Sequence record: MW584180.1
DNA length: 64,000 nt
Reading direction: 5' to 3' (one strand)
Source of the DNA: Mycobacterium phage prophiGD15-1
In this document: positions 56,783-64,000 of the stretch, piece by piece
How positions within the stretch are numbered: position 1 is the stretch's first letter
How the letters are laid out: the number at the start of each line of letters is the position of its first letter
The notes under the pieces: model-generated
Seen by the model: the letters and a program-made list of their open reading frames with translations, nothing else
Database searches by the model: none
What the model was told of the DNA's origin: nothing
Made by a program: the position numbers and the translations under genes

Positions 56783-57747
56783 TCCTCACCCTCGGTTCTC
56801 ACGGGGAGGTAGTAGCGAGGTGGCAGCGGGTCATGTTGGCCCGCTTCGCCTCCTACGCCAAAGCCGCCGATGGGGGACCACTGAAGGTCGACTCGTATTT
56901 CGGGTACGACGACCAAGCCGTCCAGAAGGAATATCAGCGCCGCACGAACCAACCTCAGACGGGTGAGGTCTCGCAAGCGGATCTGGTGAAGCTGGGTTTG
57001 ACGCCGCTGTTCTTCACGGTCGAGGGACACCTGTCCGACATGTACCAGGGGCCTTGTGCTTTCGTGGCCTCTACTTTGGAGCGTGAAGGGCGGGCGGTGT
57101 GGCGGCCCACCGGCTATGACAACGTGCGGTTGCCGTTCAACAACCAGTCCGGTGTGGACGAACTCGTCAACCGTCTGGATACCAAGCTGTTCGACGACGG
57201 CACACCCTTCCCTGAAGGAACACCCTGGAATCTGGCGATCTTCAGCCAGGGCGCGATGGTCGGCTGCGAGGTCATGGAAAAGCACGTCCTACCGACTAAT
57301 GGCAGGTTGCATTACCGGCTCAAGGACTTCCGCAAGGGTATTGCATTTGGGAACCCCTACCGCCTGATCAACCAGTGCGCCCCTTGGGTTCCCGACCCGC
57401 CCCAGCCCAACACGCAGGGAATCATGGACTGGCACTTTGACTTCCTGAAATACCCCGAGCTGGCGGGGAAGTGGCAAGAGCATGCCCGCACCCGCGACTG
57501 GTACGCCGAGAACCGGTTGGACGAGGCAGGTCAGAACATGACCGCGATCGCAAAGATCATCACCCAATCCTCCTGGACCGGTGGGGCTTCCTCGATAGTT
57601 GCCCGAATCATGGACCTATTCATCAACCCATTCGACGGGTTGATCGACATCGTGTGGGCGATCGTCCGAACCTTCCAGGGCATCGCCCACTTGGAGGCCC
57701 ACGGCACGTACGACCTGAATCCAGTCCTTGACTGGTTCCGTGCTTAA
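56779..57747 (+). CDS. lysB: Lysin B (mycolylarabinogalactan esterase, cutinase-like), with an N-terminal peptidoglycan-binding domain.
   Basis: PG-binding-like N-terminus (GSHGEVVARWQRVML…). Serine esterase motif AIFSQGAMVG. Confidence 0.75.
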   Translation: MILTLGSHGEVVARWQRVMLARFASYAKAADGGPLKVDSYFGYDDQAVQKEYQRRTNQPQTGEVSQADLVKLGLTPLFFTVEGHLSDMYQGPCAFVASTLEREGRAVWRPTGYDNVRLPFNNQSGVDELVNRLDTKLFDDGTPFPEGTPWNLAIFSQGAMVGCEVMEKHVLPTNGRLHYRLKDFRKGIAFGNPYRLINQCAPWVPDPPQPNTQGIMDWHFDFLKYPELAGKWQEHARTRDWYAENRLDEAGQNMTAIAKIITQSSWTGGASSIVARIMDLFINPFDGLIDIVWAIVRTFQGIAHLEAHGTYDLNPVLDWFRA

Positions 57748-57795
57748 CAACTGAATAGAGCCCTCGAAGCGCCCCATGAAAGGCGGTTCAAACAA

Positions 57796-58017
57796 ATGTC
57801 CATCCGGGAACAACTGGCCGAGGCCGCCAAGCCGAAGCAGCGCTGCACATGCTGTGCATGGGTCGCTACGCAGAGTGCAGATGACCGTAAGGCTATTGAG
57901 GAATGGGTAGCCGAAGGGAAGTCGATTGAGGCGCTTGTCCGCGTGCTGCGGAATGAGGGTCTTCCGGTGGGGCCGGTGCAGTTCCGGCGTCACGTGCGAG
58001 AGTGTGTGCGCTCTTGA
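57796..58017 (+). CDS. Small Cys-containing protein.
   Basis: CTCCAW…ECVRS. Confidence 0.35.
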   Translation: MSIREQLAEAAKPKQRCTCCAWVATQSADDRKAIEEWVAEGKSIEALVRVLRNEGLPVGPVQFRRHVRECVRS

Positions 58018-59210
58018 GTATCCGTGACAGCCTCAATAGTCGCCGCCCCGTGCCGGAAGAGTCGGCACCAGAGCAGGCGAAAATGCGCGCGGAGTGGGAC
58101 GGCACCGCAGGTTTTATTCAGACGGGCAAGGTCTCAGATGACTTCGATGAGCAGGACTTCGAGGGCATCCTTCGCGAGTTCGCCGACGAACTGCACTACG
58201 ACCCAGCCAAGGTTGAGATTGCCGGTAACCCACAGGTCGTGGTGTGGGAGACGGGCTTCCGCAACAAGGAGGGGGAGTGGGAGAAGCATAAGCACCACTC
58301 CTGGCGGTATCACCTCGCCGTCCGGCGTTGGGCTATAGACCTACCCGCCTTGTATGCGGAGGTCCGCAAGACGAGGCCGGTGCAGCCGAAGAAACCCACA
58401 GGGGAGTCGACGGTTGTGGTGTGCTGGGCAGACATTCAAACCGGGAAGGTCGACCACCTCGGCGGCGTCAAAGAGTTATTACTGCGCCTTCAGGAAAAGC
58501 GGGAAAACCTGAACGCCTACCTGAAACGTTCAAGGTTTGATCGCATCATCATCGCGGACGTGGGCGACATTGTGGAGGGCTTCGACAACGTCACAGCCCA
58601 AACCCGCACCAACGGCCTATCTCTCATGGATCAGGTCGAGGTTGCCGCCACGGAGTTCTGGAAGACCATCACCCTGTGCGCCAAGCACGCCCCGGTGGAT
58701 GTGCTGTCCATCCCGTCCAATCACGGCCAGTGGCGCCGCGGGAAGGATCTAATCGGGAAGCCCACCGACGACTGGGGATTGGCTATCTCGAAACGTCTTG
58801 AATGGCACAACAACCCCGACAACCAAGGCCCGAACCTGCCGGTAGATTTCCACCGGCCGCCCGAGTGGTGCGAGACACTGCAGTTCGATGTACGCGGCAC
58901 CAGGTTGGGGTTGGCGCATGGCCACCAAGCCTCCGGCGCTGACCGGGTTAAGACGTGGTGGGAGAAGATGACCCACGGCGGCGTCATGGACTGCCACGTC
59001 CTCTTGACTGGACATTTCCACTACGCCAGCCTGCGCCCCCATGGGCGGGATCAAGTAACGGGTAAGGCGCGCTGGCACATCCAAGCCTCAACCCTGGACA
59101 ACGGCTCCGCATGGGTGATGAACAAGATGGGCGAAGACGGAGATCCGGCACTGACGGTGTTCCAGATCAACAACGACGGCTTCGACGTACAGAGCTTCGC
59201 CCTCCTATGA
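58002..59210 (+). CDS. Calcineurin-like metallophosphoesterase.
   Basis: DVGDIVEGFDN…SNHGQW…GLAHGHQASG…LLTGHFHYASL are phosphoesterase motifs (GDxxD/GNH(D/E)…GH…GHxH). Confidence 0.55.
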   Translation: MCALLSIRDSLNSRRPVPEESAPEQAKMRAEWDGTAGFIQTGKVSDDFDEQDFEGILREFADELHYDPAKVEIAGNPQVVVWETGFRNKEGEWEKHKHHSWRYHLAVRRWAIDLPALYAEVRKTRPVQPKKPTGESTVVVCWADIQTGKVDHLGGVKELLLRLQEKRENLNAYLKRSRFDRIIIADVGDIVEGFDNVTAQTRTNGLSLMDQVEVAATEFWKTITLCAKHAPVDVLSIPSNHGQWRRGKDLIGKPTDDWGLAISKRLEWHNNPDNQGPNLPVDFHRPPEWCETLQFDVRGTRLGLAHGHQASGADRVKTWWEKMTHGGVMDCHVLLTGHFHYASLRPHGRDQVTGKARWHIQASTLDNGSAWVMNKMGEDGDPALTVFQINNDGFDVQSFALL

Positions 59211-59335
59211 AACGTCACGATACGATTCAAGTAGGCGCCAACGCTGAAAAGCGCTGCCCGAGATGCGAAACCGTCAAGCCCGTCACGGCATTCTCGGTTG
59301 TCAGTTCTCAAATGACCTGTCGCATTCTCATCTAA
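59208..59335 (+). pseudogene. Small Zn-finger-like ORF (KRCPRCETVKPV…) whose 3' end runs into the transposon terminus. Probably a phage gene truncated by the Tn7-like insertion.
   Basis: The reading frame continues into the TGTCGCATTCTCAT terminal repeat and ends at a TAA inside it. Confidence 0.3.
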
Positions 59336-59388
59336 TCTGTCGCAACCGCGTGTCGTTCTCATTTGATCTGTCGTACGCCTCTTAACAT
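59318..59388 (+). repeat. Tn7-like transposon terminus (tnsA-proximal, Tn7-R equivalent): four TGTCG(C/T)-initiated putative TnsB-binding repeats.
   Basis: TGTCGCATTCTCATCTAATC / TGTCGCAACCGCG / TGTCGTTCTCATTTGATC / TGTCGTACGCCTC. The terminal 5'-TGT and reiterated TTCTCAT…ATC are Tn7-family hallmarks. Confidence 0.6.
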
Positions 59389-60147
59389 TTGGGTGTGCAA
59401 GCGTCTCGGGCGCTGGTTGCGCCGCAGATTGCTAGTGACGTTGACGTGGAGTTCGTCGCCGATGGTCAACGCCACAGAGTACCGCTGGTTGAGTGCGCGA
59501 TGCTCAGATTTGATTTGGATTGCTCACCTGCCCGCAACTTCCCGAATTTTAGAGGTCAAAGCAACTACCCAGGCCTGTGGTGGTTTGCTACGACTGGCCA
59601 GCATGTAGGTCATGAATCCTGGCTGGAACGTGATCATCTGATGCTGCTCGATGCTGATCCGCACGTTGTGGGTGTGGCGTCGCAGCCATTTCGGCTGCAT
59701 TGGCCTGGTGGCACTCACCATGTCCCGGACTACTTTGCTAGATATGCCGATGGCGGTGTGACGGTTCTTGACGTGCGCGATGACAAGCGCATCACTGAGG
59801 ATGATCAGCTCAAGTTTGATCTTTCGGAAATTGCTTGTCGCACAGTGGGTTGGGGTTACCGCCAGTTAGGTGTGCCTGATCAGGTGTTGGTGGCGAACAT
59901 TCGGTGGCTATCGGGGTATAGACACCCCCGAGTGTGCCGCGAGGATGTGGCGGAGTCGTTGCTCGCGGTGTTCGCCGAACCGGCGCGGCTATTGTCTGGC
60001 GCTCAAATCGTCGGTGATCGGCTGCATGTGTTGCCGGTGCTGTTTCATTTGTTGTGGCACAGGCAGTTGTCGACAGATTTGGCTGGCGCGTTGCTATCGG
60101 AGTCGGCGGTGGTCGGCCCTGCCGGATGGTGGGCGCATTCGTGTTGA
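59389..60147 (+). CDS. tnsA: TnsA-like transposition endonuclease (start codon uncertain).
   Basis: HESWLERDHLMLLDADPHVVGVASQPF…VPDYFARYADGGVTVLDVRDDK aligns with the Tn7 TnsA catalytic region (SDLELAVFLSLEWESSVLDIREQFP…DFLVDCKDG…VKP). Confidence 0.65.
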   Translation: MGVQASRALVAPQIASDVDVEFVADGQRHRVPLVECAMLRFDLDCSPARNFPNFRGQSNYPGLWWFATTGQHVGHESWLERDHLMLLDADPHVVGVASQPFRLHWPGGTHHVPDYFARYADGGVTVLDVRDDKRITEDDQLKFDLSEIACRTVGWGYRQLGVPDQVLVANIRWLSGYRHPRVCREDVAESLLAVFAEPARLLSGAQIVGDRLHVLPVLFHLLWHRQLSTDLAGALLSESAVVGPAGWWAHSC

Positions 60148-62216
60148 GGGCAGCTGCGGTACGCGTGGGTGATGAGATCCGTTTAGCTGGTGAACGTTTC
60201 ACGGTCTTATCGATCACCGATGGTGCGGCGCGATTAATCAGTGCTGTCGGCGAGCGCAGTTCGGTGCCACTGCCGGCGTTGTGCACGGACCCGTCGTTGG
60301 AATTGGTGGCAACGTCATGGCCGCCATTGTGCTCCGAAGAGGCTTTGACTGGCGTACCCCAAGAGGTGGTGGAACGGGCACGCTGGTGGGAACAGCATCT
60401 GCTTGACGTGATCACCGGCCGCTCCGGGACCGGCATGGACACTGACAGTGCTGATTTCGACCCCGCGGTGACGACGCTGCGCCGCCGGGAGATGGCCAAG
60501 CTCGCCGAACTTGCCGATGAAGGTCATGTTTTGACGTTGCGGACGCTGCAGCGCCAACGCAAGGCCTACCAGCGTGACGGGCTGCTGGGTGTGCTGGATG
60601 GGCGTTACCGGCCGAACCGGCCCGTGCATGGGCGAGTCGATCCGCGGGTGAGCGAGACGGTAGTTGGTCTTATCGAGGCCGAAACTGAGTTGTCGACGGG
60701 CACGGTGCGCCGCATGCAGCGCAAGACCGCACGGGCGTTGAAGGCTCAGTACGGCGATGAGGCACCGCAAATGCCCTCGAAGGCAACATTTTATCGTCTG
60801 GTGGGCCGATTATCTGCGGGCAAGCACACGTTCGGGTCAGCCCGCACGCGCAGGTCGTTGGCCAAGCAGCCAGACAAACCGTTCGGGACGTTGACAGTGG
60901 CCCGCCCCGGCGAGGTGGTGGAGGTCGATTCCACACCCCTGGATGTAGCGGTGCGCTTCGATGACGGCACCGTTGGCCGGGTCGAGTTGATTGGGATGGT
61001 CGACTGTGCCACCCGCACGATCGCCGCAGCGGTATTGCGGCCAACAACCACGGCGGTGGATGCGGCGCTGCTGTTGGCGCGATCGTTGACCCCGGAGCCG
61101 ATGCGCCCAGGCTGGTCTGATGCGGTGCGGATGACGGCCTCAGTGCTACCCCATCACAGTTTGACCACTCTGGATCAGCGGTTCGCGGCCGCCGCTGCCC
61201 GGCCCGTGATCGCCCCAGAAACCATTGTGATCGATCACGGCAAAGCGTATCTGTCGCAGACATTTTCGCAGGCCTGCTGCACGCTGGGGATCAATTTGCA
61301 GCCCGCGCACCCGGATGAGCCGACGGACAAACCGAAGATCGAACGCACTATCGAGTCGGTCGGCACGATGTTCGCCTCCGAGGTGGCCGGATATCTGGGG
61401 TCCTCGGTGGAGCGGCGCGGCAAGCACGCCGAAAAACGTGCCGTGTGGTCGATCGTGCAGTTGCAAGCGCTACTGGATGAATGGATTGTCACCGCCTGGC
61501 AGAACCGGCCCCACGACGGGCTGCGCGACCCCTTAACTCCGGGAAAGACGTTGACTCCCAATGAGAAATACGCAGCCCTGGTCGAGGTGGCCGGGTATGT
61601 GCCGGTGGCCTTGAGCGGTGATGACTACATCGAACTGCTGCCGACGCGGTGGCGCAAGATCAACTCCTACGGGGTGCGGATCAACAATCGCCACTACGAC
61701 GCCAAAGCCTTCAACCCCTACCGCGGCCAATCTTCGGGGGTCGGTAAGAAGAACAATAGGTGGGAAGTGCATTTCGACCCGTGCGATGTGTCCCGGGTTT
61801 GGGTGCGCAATCACCACGAATCGGGCTGGATCCAGGCCAACTGGACGCACCTGCGGACCGCGCCGGTGCCGTTCGGGGAAACGATCTGGAAGCAGAGCCA
61901 ACAGATCCTGGCCGAGCGCGGCCAGCGTGCCGCGACGCAAGCCGAGATCGCCGAAGCGGCCGAAGAATTGCTGACTCGGGCCGCTGCCGGGCCGCCAGAG
62001 CAGCTCGTGGACAAGAAGATCCGCCGGAAGCTGGTTCGCGCCCAGCACTCCACCGTGACACCGCTGTGGCCACGCCCAGCACCCGATTTACCCGCCGACG
62101 GCCCTGTGGTGGCCGATCGCGGCGATAGGGACAACGACGATGTGATTGATGTGGCGGCAGTGGTGCCGCTTCCGGTGTTCGATGCCCGCAAGGAGGCCAA
62201 ATTGTGGCGACTGTAA
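60126..62216 (+). CDS. tnsB: TnsB-like DDE transposase (Mu/retroviral integrase superfamily).
   Basis: ~700 aa. The motifs GEVVEVDSTPLD…, IVIDHGKAY and PDEPTDKPKIER supply the D, D, E catalytic triad. The ATG at 60126 overlaps the tnsA stop. Confidence 0.75.
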   Translation: MVGAFVLRAAAVRVGDEIRLAGERFTVLSITDGAARLISAVGERSSVPLPALCTDPSLELVATSWPPLCSEEALTGVPQEVVERARWWEQHLLDVITGRSGTGMDTDSADFDPAVTTLRRREMAKLAELADEGHVLTLRTLQRQRKAYQRDGLLGVLDGRYRPNRPVHGRVDPRVSETVVGLIEAETELSTGTVRRMQRKTARALKAQYGDEAPQMPSKATFYRLVGRLSAGKHTFGSARTRRSLAKQPDKPFGTLTVARPGEVVEVDSTPLDVAVRFDDGTVGRVELIGMVDCATRTIAAAVLRPTTTAVDAALLLARSLTPEPMRPGWSDAVRMTASVLPHHSLTTLDQRFAAAAARPVIAPETIVIDHGKAYLSQTFSQACCTLGINLQPAHPDEPTDKPKIERTIESVGTMFASEVAGYLGSSVERRGKHAEKRAVWSIVQLQALLDEWIVTAWQNRPHDGLRDPLTPGKTLTPNEKYAALVEVAGYVPVALSGDDYIELLPTRWRKINSYGVRINNRHYDAKAFNPYRGQSSGVGKKNNRWEVHFDPCDVSRVWVRNHHESGWIQANWTHLRTAPVPFGETIWKQSQQILAERGQRAATQAEIAEAAEELLTRAAAGPPEQLVDKKIRRKLVRAQHSTVTPLWPRPAPDLPADGPVVADRGDRDNDDVIDVAAVVPLPVFDARKEAKLWRL

Positions 62217-63253
62217 ATAGATTCGAGGCCGTCAACCCGCTCGATGATCGCCGCCAGCCCACCACCACCTTGGAGGGCTGGCGGCGTTTCGTTGAGGCCG
62301 ATCCACCCGAGTTCACGCTCCTGGACGATACGCAGTGGCGCAGTCTGGATGTGCGGGACCGGATGCTCTACGACGAGGCCCGAATCGCCCATCACTCCGA
62401 ACTGGTCGTGGTCACCACGTCGGCGATCGCCCGGATCAACAACGAAGGCCGGCTGCTGACCCTGCTCAATCAGTGCGAGATCGGAGCCCGCCGCGGTTTG
62501 ATCATTTCCGGGGATGCGGCCACCGGGAAGACCACGGCCATCAAACAGATGGGCCGCACCCATGAACTGCGGGTGCGGGGACGCCTGACCTACGACGCCA
62601 CGTACGACGCCGTCGCGGGCCGTATCCCGGTGGTATACGTGACGGCCCCGCCCAAGGGCTCACCACGCAAACTGGCGATGGAATTCGCCCGTTTCCTGGG
62701 GCTGCCGATGACTATGAACGCCCGTGCGAACGTCACCGACATCGCCGACGCGGTCTGCCAAGTCCTCATCGATGCCCGCACCGACATCGTGGTTGTCGAC
62801 GAGATCCACAACCTGAACCTGGAAACCCGCGCCGGAGAAGACCTCTCGGATCATCTCAAATATTTCACCGAACACCTGCCCGCTACGTTCATCTACGCCG
62901 GCATCGACGTCGAACGTTCCGGGGTATTCACAGGTACCCGCGGAAAACAACTCGCTGGACGCTGCGGAGTTATCCACACCCAGGCCTTCCCCTACAACGA
63001 GGAATGGATCTCGCTGGTGGCAGGGATGGAGAACACGTTGCGACTGCACCACCACGAACCCGGAACCCTTGTCGCCGACGCCAAATACTTGCATCGGCGC
63101 ACCAACGGCATGATCGGCTCGCTGGCGCACCTGATCCGCTCAGCAGCTATCCGTTCCATCATCGACGAGACCGAAGCCGTCACCCGGGCACTGATGGATG
63201 CCACCCTGCTCGACTACGCCGCGCAAAGCGCTGCGGCCCGAACCGCCAGCTGA
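62204..63253 (+). CDS. tnsC: TnsC-like AAA+ ATPase.
   Basis: Walker A GDAATGKTTAI and Walker B IVVVDEIHNL. Overlaps the tnsB stop. Confidence 0.75.
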   Translation: MATVNRFEAVNPLDDRRQPTTTLEGWRRFVEADPPEFTLLDDTQWRSLDVRDRMLYDEARIAHHSELVVVTTSAIARINNEGRLLTLLNQCEIGARRGLIISGDAATGKTTAIKQMGRTHELRVRGRLTYDATYDAVAGRIPVVYVTAPPKGSPRKLAMEFARFLGLPMTMNARANVTDIADAVCQVLIDARTDIVVVDEIHNLNLETRAGEDLSDHLKYFTEHLPATFIYAGIDVERSGVFTGTRGKQLAGRCGVIHTQAFPYNEEWISLVAGMENTLRLHHHEPGTLVADAKYLHRRTNGMIGSLAHLIRSAAIRSIIDETEAVTRALMDATLLDYAAQSAAARTAS

Positions 63254-64000
63254 TGAACACCGCCACCGCCGCAGGACGCGCCTGGCCGGCCGGGCCGCGT
63301 CAACGCTTACCACGTGTAGTGACCCCATTCCGCACCGAGACAGTGAGTTCGTATATCGACCGGCTAGCCCACGCCAACCACCTCACCCGAGGCCGGTTGC
63401 AGTACCACGTCGCCGCAGGCACCTACCAGACCCGCGCCGACTGGCTCGCCGTCGCCACCGGAATCGCCGAAAACATCCTGCGCGAACGGCTCATTGGGTT
63501 CGGAGCGGCCAACGGCACCAACGCCAAACAACAAGCCCGGGTACGGCCCGCCTGCCGGCTGTGCATGGCCCGTCGCGGTGTCTACGAGCCCGTCCACTGC
63601 TGGCTGCCCGCGTACGAAACTGTATGTTTTCGCCACTTACGCTGGATCGGCCCCGGCGCGGCCACCTGGGAAGACCAACACGACCTGAGCAATCACCCCG
63701 ATATCGTGGTCGCCGCCCGCCGCCACCGCCAGCTGATCCGAGCCCACCGCGACCTCGCCGGCAGCGCCTTGTCCGAGGCCCGCCACATCCTGACCTGGTG
63801 GTCCCGGGTCAACCAAGACAGCGGCGACGACCAGACAGACCCGACCACGTATCTGCAGGCCTACCCAGACCTGATCACGATCGCTACCGTGCTGGCCGAT
63901 CACCGCCACCAAGTCGCCGCCGGTCCCTGCACCAGGCATCCGATCTGGTCTGAGCACCTGCTGGGTTTGATCAACACACACGCAACCACCATCCGCGACG
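63254..64000 (+). CDS. tniQ: TniQ/TnsD-family target-selection protein (partial, continues past the window).
   Basis: Frame-2 translation from ATG 63254: MNTATAAGRAWPAGPRQRLPRVVTPFRTETVSSYIDRLAHANHLT…CRLCMARRGVYEPVHCWLPAYETVCFRHLRW (TniQ N-terminal zinc-finger fold). Start overlaps the tnsC stop (ATGA). Confidence 0.65.

Larger units (their letters stand above)
1..59317. mobile_element. Integrated temperate mycobacteriophage-type prophage. The left end lies at the tRNA fragment. The right end is not reached, because phage DNA is interrupted at 59318 by a Tn7-like element.
   Basis: Integrase lies next to a tRNA fragment. A full phage gene set is present: immunity, recombination, terminase, portal, capsid, tail, tape measure, LysA/holin/LysB. 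The order is permuted as expected after attP recombination. Confidence 0.85.
59318..64000 (+). mobile_element. Tn7-like transposon (tnsA-tnsB-tnsC-tniQ core). Only the tnsA-proximal end is in the window. Cargo and the other end lie beyond 64000.
   Basis: End repeats are followed by colinear, overlapping tnsA, tnsB, tnsC and tniQ genes. Confidence 0.75.

Noticed and set aside
59211-59317. attR / second copy of the tRNA core immediately before the transposon
   Set aside because: No copy of the GAGCCGTGGACTCATAATCC core or any tRNA 3' half was found by eye here. The prophage right junction therefore appears to lie beyond the transposon.
59111-59335. Longer version of the small ORF starting at 59111
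   Set aside because: The upstream part overlaps the 3' end of the metallophosphoesterase gene in another frame. Only the ATG at 59208 onward is plausible, and even that is called only as a probable truncated gene.
63198-63953. 251-aa Arg/Pro-rich ORF in the ORF track
   Set aside because: It is the wrong frame over the tniQ gene. Frame 2 from ATG 63254 gives a TniQ-like protein with a zinc-finger motif.

Overview
High-GC (~64%) actinobacterial DNA, almost certainly Mycobacterium: the LysB mycolylarabinogalactan esterase, the WhiB genes and the DUF732 proteins all point that way. Positions 1-59317 are a near-complete, siphovirus-type temperate mycobacteriophage prophage. It is integrated next to a truncated tRNA-Met-like (CAT) gene fragment that occupies bases 1-44. 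The gene order is circularly permuted at attP, as expected for an integrated phage. From left to right: (1) tyrosine integrase; (2) a leftward, lysogeny-type accessory block of DUF732 proteins, an acyltransferase-3 and a membrane protein; (3) a divergent repressor/cro switch and an antirepressor; (4) a long rightward early region with an ERF-family annealing protein, HNH endonucleases, two WhiB-like regulators, a PAPS-reductase-like gene, a HigB/HigA-like toxin-antitoxin pair and many tiny Cys-rich genes; (5) a glycosyltransferase/O-methyltransferase block; (6) the expected cos region, then HNH endonuclease, small and large terminase, portal, scaffold, capsid, connectors and major tail; (7) tail-assembly chaperones with a -1 frameshift, tape measure and minor tails, one carrying a beta-lactamase-like domain and one carrying LTGGTP tandem repeats; (8) lysin A, holin and lysin B; (9) a metallophosphoesterase. 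At 59318 the phage DNA is interrupted by the tnsA-proximal end of a Tn7-like transposon, carrying tnsA, tnsB, tnsC and a tniQ that runs off the window. A family of six conserved ~45-bp gene-junction repeats that spans stop to start codons links small accessory genes in two separate places in the prophage. No rRNA or CRISPR array is present. Most ORF-track entries on the opposite strand of these genes are GC-rich shadow ORFs.
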